Positions 34,606 through 44,535 of a DNA stretch of 64,000 nucleotides are shown here, piece after piece. The position numbers were made by a program, and so were the translations under genes. The DNA is from Dudresnaya verticillata (taxonomy: Eukaryota). Within the stretch, counting starts at the first letter, position 1. Each line of letters begins with the position of its first letter. The notes beneath the pieces were generated by a model. That model ran no database searches. It saw only the letters and a program-made list of their open reading frames with translations, and was not told the origin of the DNA. Location of the stretch: assembly GCA_977862235.1 (NCBI GenBank), contig OZ374565.1, positions 1,054,001-1,118,000 of the forward strand, given 5' to 3'.

Positions 34606-36030
34606 TCTGCATGCGTCTTTCGTAACCGAACGCCATCTTTTCGAAATCTCCTCCTCAGTGTACATTGCGCAAGGAAGATGTAGCAAGCTCTTCCGACAGC
34701 CGTAGCAGTCGCACCCGTGGTTCAGCCCGGGCCCGAACACAGGTCCGATATGTCTCGGTGAGAACATCGTAGTGCTCGCACTCCCTGTGGAGAGGTATTT
34801 TGCGTTCTGTGCGTGAAGAAACTCAGGCGGGACGAGAAGCACACATGGCGGATATTCCTCTCCCATTTCGTTCAGTTCTTGGTTCACCGGTAGGATCATT
34901 GGCTGTGATTCAGCACCATCAAATGAATCAAGCTGCCAAGCTCCAGGCGGATTGTATTCTAAAGCACTGCTTGTACCGATCAGATTGTGCATCGGAGGAT
35001 ACTCAAGCATTGCATTGTGCTCCATTTTGTACTGGCCCATGGGCTCGCTTTGGTCTGTTTCTTGAGTTGCCATTTCGAGAGAGTGCATATTAAGCATTGC
35101 GTCCCTACCGGGGCCCGAGAACTGCAGGAAATCATGAAGATCAAGGTTCGGAAGGGCCTTTTTGGTTTTGTGGATAGCAGTTTCCGAGCAATCAGGTAAC
35201 AATAGAGAGCTACTATCCGAGCGTTCAGTGTCACGATAGAGTAGCGATGGTTTGGGTGTTCCGGGTTCTGAAATCGACATTTCTCTGCAACCGGGATTAA
35301 AATTCCTTTCCAATGGGTTCTCCCTTTTCGCATGCATCGAGCTCTTCGATGTCTCTGGGTAATGGTCTTGAGACTGGCCTATCCTATACTCTTCAAGGCC
35401 CAAAATTTCGTCTCTCAAGTATGGATTTGTCGGAGGTGTCGCAATATTTTCACTTTCATCACGTTCCCTTTTGTCAGCCTGCGACTTATTCGTGCGAGGA
35501 ATAATGTTCTCACCTGAGCATCCCTTCTCAACCGCAGCATTTAGAGCCTGGCCCCCAATCGATACAGGGCTTCGACCACCATTCGATTCTAGTTGTTTTG
35601 GGCAAAGATAGTTCTCTTCAAAATCATCACTACGATAAGCAGCAGCATCATCACTCGCAAGTATTTTTGAAACCTGTCTTTTCCTTAAGGAACTAGACTG
35701 CTTCGGAGCTAGAAGCATCGAGTTGGCTGCGAAGGTAGATGAATCAATCTGTCGGATGCGGTATGCAGGGATATAGAGTTCCGAAGTTGGTTCACTAAAC
35801 GCAATCTCGCCCTTTGGCATCTCGATCCGATTCGATACATCATGTACTGAAGACCTCTCAAGTCGTGCGGAAGGACTTGCTGTGGAAAGCACCTGAGTGT
35901 CCTGGTCGCCATGCGGCTGCGCTTCTTCTGCCTCTTCTTCTTTACGTGAGTCGTGTTTTCCTGATTGAAAGACTGGTGTTGTTGGGGGATCACGGATGGG
36001 CGAGGTTGTGGCCTCGGGGCTATCACTCAT
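34360..36030 (-). CDS. Hypothetical, largely disordered protein (~556 aa)
   Basis: Long Ser/Glu/Pro-rich open frame with a Cys cluster HGCDCYGC. The listed start is a non-ATG codon, so the 5' end or an upstream exon is uncertain. Confidence 0.55.
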   Translation of the reverse strand: MSDSPEATTSPIRDPPTTPVFQSGKHDSRKEEEAEEAQPHGDQDTQVLSTASPSARLERSSVHDVSNRIEMPKGEIAFSEPTSELYIPAYRIRQIDSSTFAANSMLLAPKQSSSLRKRQVSKILASDDAAAYRSDDFEENYLCPKQLESNGGRSPVSIGGQALNAAVEKGCSGENIIPRTNKSQADKRERDESENIATPPTNPYLRDEILGLEEYRIGQSQDHYPETSKSSMHAKRENPLERNFNPGCREMSISEPGTPKPSLLYRDTERSDSSSLLLPDCSETAIHKTKKALPNLDLHDFLQFSGPGRDAMLNMHSLEMATQETDQSEPMGQYKMEHNAMLEYPPMHNLIGTSSALEYNPPGAWQLDSFDGAESQPMILPVNQELNEMGEEYPPCVLLVPPEFLHAQNAKYLSTGSASTTMFSPRHIGPVFGPGLNHGCDCYGCRKSLLHLPCAMYTEEEISKRWRSVTKDACRRGAVFHPMLMTAENDGRGALKRLERIRLGEVVERRDIENVRGAGVELEDEVGRREDSGGERKVGVYRKKHPARFWRSYVRH

Positions 36031-39000
36031 TGAATTGGCACAGAGTCTCGCTCGAGGAAGGAATAAATGAAATGGTTGTGCCCTTCAACCTGACATGAAT
36101 GTCGAGTCGAGTATGGTTGACGCAGGAAGCGGCCAGGGCCCAAAACGCGCAGAGCTGAAGTTGTTCGCTGGGAAACGAGAGATGAGCCAGGAGTTCAAGG
36201 GAGCATCGCTGCATCAGCATTGCTCTAACCATTCGTAATTATTGAAGTCATATTTTTAAAGTAAAGCTTGCTGAGAAAAAGAATTGCTGGAAACGAAATG
36301 GCCATTTTCTCTCACCATCATAGTCAGCATGGATAGAAAAATGCTTCAAGCAACGAGTGGTCAACCACGCGTTGCTTGAAGGATTTTAGAAAATCGTTGA
36401 CACCTCCAGGGCTTGAAGCCCGTGAACGACAAGTCTTCCCAACGGGAATCCATGGAAGGTCATCTTTTTGAATGCATGGAGTCTGGAAGCAATGAGATGC
36501 AATAACGAATTTTAGCTTTCCAGTTGATAGAGCTCCGCCCTCACACTCTCGGAGGATGTAGAGATCAGAGTGTTCGAACTCGGCAGGCCGTATGAATAAT
36601 TTGAGGCTTGAAGGGCTTCTCGCGACGATTTTCTGAGCTGTTGGGTAGGCTCTTCAGCAGGTGTGAGAGTAGCTTTGAGAAGAGGAAGTACGAGTTGGCG
36701 GGTGGCGATAGCTCGTGGCGGGTATGGCACGGTATTCGGATTATTTGAGAAGCCATAGAATGAGGGCGTTTTGGCATGGAGGCGTTGGCGGATATATTAT
36801 TGCGCTAGGATGTCGCACGAGATGTGTTGCTCTTGTGTGAAGGTTTTTTTCCTTTGCCGTGCGAGCTAGCGAGATGTAAGCTTTCCTGCTTTCTCAGGCC
36901 TCATATTCCGCAAGTGCAATATTTTGTTTTCGCTACGGCGGCAAGTCGCAGCAACGAGGAATTTTTCAGAAGGGTGATGTGGGCTTTGGTAAATGGCGAA
37001 CGACTTACATTTTGGATGTTGAAGCGAAGGCTACGATTGGAAGCGATGAAAGACGTTAAAGCCGGCGTCTGGATCATTTGTTTGAAGCAGATCGGTTTGG
37101 TAGTTATAATTGTAGATGGGGGCAAGGTATTGTGGGACGCACACTTGGGCTCAGCGAGAAGAGCAGGCTGGGTTTGACAGAAAGTTGGTGTGAAGCAAGG
37201 TGCACGGTTTGCGCGGGCGACTATGGCATATACAGAACAGGCACACGCGCTACAGACTAGAGTTCGCCACTGTAAGCGGCAGCAGAACAGATTACGGCCC
37301 TAATCCGGAAGCGGTCAAGCGGGATCCATGCCATGAATAAGAAATGCAGTACAGAGAAATTAAATACTGCACCATAGACTGTTTTATCTGCAGGGATTAT
37401 AGAGGTGTGTGGGAAACAATCGGCGATACGGCGGCAGTGGAACACAGAGTGCAACTCGGGCGATGTTTATCACACTGCATTGCAAGAGCGTAGCAAAGCA
37501 GCTGTGGAGAAAAGCGAGGGGGCTGCAGTGTGATCTCTGTTTTTACATGGAGCGCGCGTGGTCATGGTGACGCGCACGATCATGGTGGTGCTTTTATAAA
37601 ATCGAGGGATACAGTATGTAAGACGCATTGGGTTACTGTCGCGAGAGGCTGAGGAAACCTGACCTCAGGAAGTGCGAGACGAGCGGCGCTCAGCGCAGCG
37701 CGGTGCGCTTTAGGTACGGCAAGATGGGCGAGCTCGGCTTTTGTAAGCGCGCGAGAGTGCGGCCCATGGGCTATTTATTGTTTACGGGCGGGCTGCTGCT
37801 GGGGTGCTTCAGTGTGTGTGCGTGTGTGAGCGGCGAGGCCAGTACAGTACCCACGCATATGCAACGGCGGTAGTGTGGTTGAGAGTCCGTTAGGAGCAAC
37901 AACACTGCAGTCCGCAAGACAGCTTTGTCGGGCAGTGCAATTTAAGAAGCGCGGTACTGTACAGTACTGTACAGTAGTACTGGTTGCACTGGAGATGTAC
38001 AGCACAGCAGTACAGTATTATCCATTGCGTCTACTGAGCTTTGAAAGCTGCAGTTGAAGGTTTTGTTGCGCACGTGGCTACTGTGTCGCACGGCCGCGGT
38101 ACAGTACAAGTACTGTACTGCGAATCTCTGCCGATATTAATTATGGCGCTACTGAGCAATTCAATTAGATCCATTTTGCGAATGAATGGTGCAGACAAGT
38201 GGGCCAATCACGGCCTACTTCGAAGGCCTCCAAAGAAGGACGCAGCCCCTTGGCTTGCACCTCTTCAAGCGTCGCATGCGAGTCGCCTTCAAACCCGTCA
38301 AAGAGCACGCGCGCCCGCCCGGCTTTGGCAAGCCGTGCGCAAATATCGCGCTTGCACGGCGAGCCAATGGGGCACCATACTCCACAGATCTTTCGCATCG
38401 ACGCCCATTTGTTGGCCTTTCGCCCGCGCTGCGCGTCTCGTCGACCGAATGGCGCAACCGTACAATTTTGTACATCTCCGCATGCGCGCGCAAGAGACAA
38501 AATCTCCGCGCCGAATTCCGCCTTCATATTCAACTCTCTCTCTCTCTCTCCTTCGCGCTGGGAAGGAACGAGGGAAGGAAGGCTCCAGTAAACCTCAGCA
38601 TGGATCGTTGTTCACGCGTGCAGCCAACAGCATCACTCCACCGGCTTTGGCTACTTGCCATACAAACGCTTGCCACGAGCCGGGTAGCGCGCAGAACGAA
38701 ACCAACCCAGAGTAACTCGGCTTGAAGCGCCACCCTCACTGTCCATTAACGCCAGACTGCATGCGCACAACGCACGACTTGTAAGTAGCACCGCGGTCTT
38801 GCGACTTGCCCTTGCGTCGCACCATTGCATCAGTGTCAAGCCGAGTTCCCGCAGTCCGCAACCTCGATCCAATTGTACGGATACAAGTATACCATCCATC
38901 GACGCTCACCCCACCTCTCATCTTGCGCTACTTGCGCGACACATGTCGAAATCCCCGCACTAACCCCTTCTTCAACGGAAACAGAACCAAACTCACAACC

Positions 39001-39314
39001 CTAGGTCCGCTCCCGGACACATACTCACATCCCGAGCCGACCCATCCCCACTATATAACCCCCGCCGTGATACCAACCCAAGTCTCATCCAATCTGGTAT
39101 TCTCTCCTTGCGCCCTTCCCCCTAACCTTTCCCCCGATTCCTGTTTCCGACTCCATACCTCATCATGCATCTCGCTTTCAGCACCTCACCCTCCGTCCTT
39201 CTGGGTCCCCGAACCTTCCTGTCAGGTGCAGGTGCGGTTTCGAGCATCAGGCCCAGATCTTCCCTCTTCCCCGCACCACGCGCCCCGCCTACCAGAAGAG
39301 GCCTGCCGCCAAGC

Positions 39315-39851
39315 ATGCCAACAATGACCATCGCGGACATGGCCCTCGGCGCGCCAGTACCTGAAACCGACGTCGGCTACGAGCTGCGGGGAACCGCAGA
39401 GAAGGGCGAGGGAGTCTACGCCACGCGAAGGTTCGCCCCGGGAGAGACCGTCCTCGTAGGCTTCATCGTGTCCGAGGTCAGTGCCAACCACTCCCATGCA
39501 ACCCAGGTGTCGCGGGACAAGTGGGTACAACATGGCGGGCTCAACTCCAAGGTCAACCATAGCTGTGATCCCAACTGCGGCGTGCATCTCAACGAGAGTG
39601 GCGCTTACGACTTCGTCGCCCGGAAACATGTCAAGATCGGCGAGGAGCTTACTTTTGATTACGCCATGAGGAACTACGTCATCGAGCACTTCCCCGAAAG
39701 GTGCGCTTGCGGTGCAGCTGAGTGCCGCGTGACCATTACTGGGTACAAGGACCTGCCCGACGAGTTCAAGAGAAGATATGAAGGCCTCATTGCCCCGTAC
39801 CTGCTGGAAATTGACAGGGAGGACGCAGAGAAGGCGAAGCAAACTGAGTGA
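39315..39851 (+). CDS. Stand-alone SET + post-SET domain methyltransferase (178 aa)
   Basis: KGEGVYA, KVNHSCDPN, GEELTFDY and post-SET CACGAAECR. ATG at 39315, strong GC3 codon bias, no intron. Confidence 0.93.
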   Translation: MPTMTIADMALGAPVPETDVGYELRGTAEKGEGVYATRRFAPGETVLVGFIVSEVSANHSHATQVSRDKWVQHGGLNSKVNHSCDPNCGVHLNESGAYDFVARKHVKIGEELTFDYAMRNYVIEHFPERCACGAAECRVTITGYKDLPDEFKRRYEGLIAPYLLEIDREDAEKAKQTE

Positions 39852-41771
39852 CTGCCAATACAGCATGAACACGTCCGTAGCGAGAGTGTGTCTTGGTGGG
39901 CTTTGCATTCAGCGACGCGCCGGAGAGTTCCTGGAGAAATCGGTTTAGCGCGAGGTCGGCCAGGAGCGTGCAATTATATCGCAGTTCTTGTCGCACTTTG
40001 CTTCAACGCGTGTGCGATGGGGGAGGCAAGGAGTTGGGCAACACAACTCATGGGATATTCGTGAGCATTGGGGTTGCAAGCGAGGTAATAGTTCGTTCCC
40101 GTACCAGATTCATTATCCTTGCAGCGTACTCCCTATTGGAGGCGCTGAAAAGTTATCTTTTTTGTTAGTACAGATGATTGTAAACATAGCAGTTGTAGTT
40201 GTCATCTTCCCCCGCAGATTCTCAAACGCGGTGCAAAAGGATACTCACCTTGAAGCCGTGCGGTCGCATGCAGTTGGCACGCAGATTTGCTTGGCAAGCG
40301 GGGCTTGCCGTCGCGAGAGGGATCGCACAGATACGGAGGGTCTTCCGGGTGTGACTGGTGGCAGATCGATAGTGTGCCGAACCAGTGGTCGGGGGGAGCC
40401 CTGGTCGGTCGGGGGGCGAGGCGGCATGATTTCCTTCAATGACAGGCCGTTTTTGACGGGTTTGTTGCGTGCGAGATCGCTACGCGCAGTCGGCAGCTGC
40501 GCGTGATTCGTGCGTCCACTGATCTTCGCGATCATCCGCCGTATCACCCAATCTTCGCTCAACGTTTCGCAGCACGAATCAAATTGAGAAGAAGCGAGAT
40601 TTGAGTTTGCCTCTCCAGCACCCTCTGGCCATATGTCCTTTTTCTTGTCCTTTTTTCTTGCTGCAGAGTACTGCTGGAATGCATGGATGCAAGGCGATGA
40701 TTGGGCAAAACGTTCACAACATTTCAGCTTGCCGTGAAGCATTGACATTTCAGATTCGCTATGAAGCATTGAAAGGAGCCTGAGCTTTCCACCAGATCTC
40801 ATCGCTGCCCACCGAGTCCAACCTTGTCGTCAAACCACCCAGCGAGCAGCTTTTCGAACTCGGTACCACACGACTTCGATTCGACGTAGCGCGAGAGAAG
40901 CAAGATTTTGCAGTAGTCATGCCTGCCTCGATCTCCAACTGCAACGCAATTCGCGTGCAGCCCTCTGCATATCCCGAGGACAGCGTTTTGCTGTCCACCT
41001 TCGTCAGTAACATGCTCGCCATTGCTGAAACACGAGACCATACGCACATACACCCACCCGTCTCTCGGCTTAGTGATCTACCCTCCTTTTCCCCTGCACA
41101 GGTTCTCGACTGTTTCAGACCACAATTGCTTGTTCATTTCTCGAAGCTGGAGCATCGGGCCATCAATCACAGCCTGTCAGGCTGGTTGGGTCGATGTCTA
41201 CATAAGGCTGCAATAGATATTAGCTGGTAGATTACGCCGAGCTTCAGAAATGCACGGAGGCGCGCTAAAGGCTTGATGCAGTACCAGGTCCACGGTTCGT
41301 CCGCGATCCGCGAAGGTCTTCTCGTGAGCAAAAGAATGACGTATCCATAGAGGCCAAGTTTTGGGAATGGCCTCCCCCATGTCGCATTCCAGCCAGCCCC
41401 TATGGTGTACTGCAACCAGATTGCTTTGCATCCGATACCTACATCATAAGACAAGAAGGTATCATACACGTTCCGCCATATTGAAAATAAATCAATTCGC
41501 CAACGCGGTACTGCATCTGCAGCTTGTGTCAAGTTGACACTGTCAACACCAATCCAGTCTTCTTCTGTCGTACTTGAAACTGCAAAGTTGTGTACAGTGA
41601 CTGTGGAAATCAAAGAATATGAAAGTTGTTTCTATGGAAGAGCAGAATGGAATCCACCCATAGCGCGAGACCGCACAGACGGGTCTTAACATAGAGAATT
41701 CGAAGACGCTCGCAGTCCCGTTCCTGAGGCTGAATCTCGGATACTCTAGAGGGTTCACAACACCCAGAAAA

Positions 41772-41860
41772 TCTAGCATTTCTGCCAGGGCTGGCTATTT
41801 TCAAATAGCCAGCCCTGGCAGAAATATTTTCAAATAGCCAGCCCTGGCAGAAATGCTAGA
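41772..41860. repeat. Perfect 29-bp inverted repeat with a duplicated right arm
   Basis: 41772-41800 is the exact reverse complement of 41832-41860. A partial second arm lies at 41803-41825. Confidence 0.95.
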
Positions 41861-41888
41861 CCTATTCGCGGATCCGCAAAGAGATACT

Positions 41889-42019
41889 TGGGTCTAAACC
41901 TGATGAATTGCCCGAGGGAAGATGCAATGCAATGCAATGCAATGAAGCATTGTATCTTATCTTGCAATGAAGCATTGCATCTTATCTTCCCTCGAATAAT
42001 CCATCAGGTTTAGACCCAA
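41889..42019. repeat. Long imperfect inverted repeat
   Basis: Outer arms ttgggtctaaacctgatg and catcaggtttagacccaa, inner arms cgagggaagat and atcttccctcg, with (tgcaa)n in the centre. Confidence 0.92.
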
Positions 42020-44535
42020 CTACCTCTTCGATATGCTCTTCTGATTTCCGTTCGACCATGAGAAAGGCACACCAGCCATCCGGTCGTGCCTTCCTTCTCA
42101 TGCACTGTGGAGTCTATCTCAAAGAAAGTCTGCAATGCACACAAACACGTCAATTAATTCCTCATGACACATCACGTGGCGATATTGATGAGTCAAGAAG
42201 GCCGAACGTCGCCAAGTCGCTAAATGCCTAACAAGGATTAGGCTGAACCCCTCTTGAAGTCATGGTGTCGTGCCGGGAAAGAGGAGAAGTTCCAGCTTGA
42301 TTCCAGATGGCCTGGTGAAACCACTTGGAAAAGCATAATGGAAATGCCCAGCACGGTGCACCTCATGGATTCTACCAACAGAATACTCAGGCGCACCTGG
42401 CTTTGAACCAACAACCACGCATAGTTGAATCCGTGAAAGCTTCGTTGGCCACTGCGCTGACAGTCATTGATAGATAAAACTGACGGGCACCGCAACCTTA
42501 TCTCGTAGGCTCACATCTTCCCGCATTTTGCGGGAAAGGCAAAGACATCGCTAGTTGAATTGTCGATACTTCAAACAGAAACAGGTGACGGCCCATACCA
42601 AACCTCCAAGTTACAGGACGCCGGATCGAAGAACTGTCCAAGGTTTGTGTCGATAGACCTTTCTGAAGATACGTCACCCACGCATTGCTCATTGGTACGA
42701 AGAAGAAAAGGTAAACCTAGCCAATCGTCATCTGTTGGGAACCTGCTTTCCTAGCACGATGCAGCTCTTACTTGTAAGACAAAAGCGGCCGCATGAACTT
42801 ACTCGCCCATCCTTCACAATAACGAGGCTGTTTCGAGAGCAAACCCTGAAGCCATCTGTATCAACGGCTTGGGTGAGGGTCCAGGACCACACGTGTGCAG
42901 GAGTGGGGACCAGATTTCCAGCTGCTCTCCGAATTTCCAAACGCTTCCGCTGTGCTCTGCATCCATGCAGCAACATGGCAACAATCTTGAGATGTTCTAA
43001 GGGGTCCATGCAGGCATGGACCCCTTAGAGGGAAACCCTACAGAAATATGGGCTCTTCGATGCTCCCCAGGCTGATTCTCAACGTAAAATTATTGAGAGG
43101 TGCGTAGCCTTTGTGGATACCTGTGATCGTACCCTATCCAATGTCGAGACCATTAGAAGCTTTGGTAAATCTTGGGTTCCTGTGAGAAATCATATCAATC
43201 CTTTGTTGTTCTGCACGGTTTGCGCTCGCGTCAGGACTAGGTACCAAAACTTCCATTTCGTATCTTGATTGCAGGCTGCTAATACAAACATCAATCAGTC
43301 CCTATCTAAGAGCATTGGTTAGTAGACTAACTGTCACTTCGCGATGTTTTCTTGAGAAGCTTGACATGGAAGCAAAGAAGTCATTGAGGAGATTCATCCT
43401 GGTGAGTACAACTCCAGCGCCTGCCAAAGACATGTGTGCTGACAAGCTTCCATTGGGCCTTCAGTCTCTTCTGGCTTGAACCCTTCGTCGTAATCGCATC
43501 AGCTTTCCTGCAACGCTGCTCTACGATGTTCGTCTTCGTTCATTACCATGAAAGTATTGAACGATATTAAAGAGGAGAGTGACAAACGGAACAAAGCGGT
43601 ATGCAAGAAAACTCCCGAGGATGAACGGAAGATGCATTCCCTGTCAACAGTTTGCGACACGCACGAGAGGCTAGATTGCGGCATTGCTCTTCTCTTTGCT
43701 CCTGGTGTAGACGGTGTCTACTCTTGAATACTTGTGGTTACGGAAGAATACTTGTGGGCTGAAAATAGGATACCTGGAGAAGTCCTCTTGGCTCCGGTGG
43801 GACAGGCAGTTTAACAACATGCGGCGCAAGTGAAACAAGAGTTTTCCCAGCGACCAGAAGATTTTGAAGAGAGACCGGGCGAGGCTGGTTCGCAAGCTAA
43901 TGGACAAACGTTTCGTCTGGCTAACAGCCTAGCATTGCTCTAGGTGCTTGCATGCTTTCCGTGGAAAAACGAGGCGGACATTATCGAATATGTAGGTCAA
44001 AAAACCGGACCGGGCGACGCGACGCTTGGCTCCACGAAGGCCGGCCACGCTGGTCAAAATACTCTCAGCAGTTCAGCCTTCTCGCCGTGCCAGCGCAGAA
44101 AGGAATCCCGCAAGGAGCAGAAAGCTTCATGTTGACGTTGCAAGACCTCTCAATCATCGACACCGGAGTCGGCAGCCAAAGAAGGTGAGTCGTAGTGTGG
44201 GAGGACTGCTGTCACCTCACGTGAGGTGAAGGTATCCGAGCGAATACAATTTTCTGCGTCAATCCCGCTGACTGAGCTCAAACTTTTTCCACTGGTTCGA
44301 AAGCTTACAGCATGCCTGCCCAACGGACGAGAAGCCACAAAAAAAAGAAAAAAAAACACCCACACATTTCCGCTCAAACCTGCCAAACGACCAACGAGTC
44401 CAGTCCAGGCATTCAAAAGCCGCAGAACGGCGACTTTGCAGCAATCCAACCTGTAACACAACCCGCTACTTCCTCCGCGCCCCGCGCTGAACTCAATCGC
44501 CCGCTCCCTTACATCCAAGATTCTGCAAACTCACC

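Noticed and set aside
39222..39908. 228-aa minus-strand ORF
   Set aside because: Antisense shadow of the SET gene.
40150..43950. Possible decayed genes on either side of the hairpins
   Set aside because: Coding-like composition but only short broken frames and no motif I can name. Needs BLASTX.
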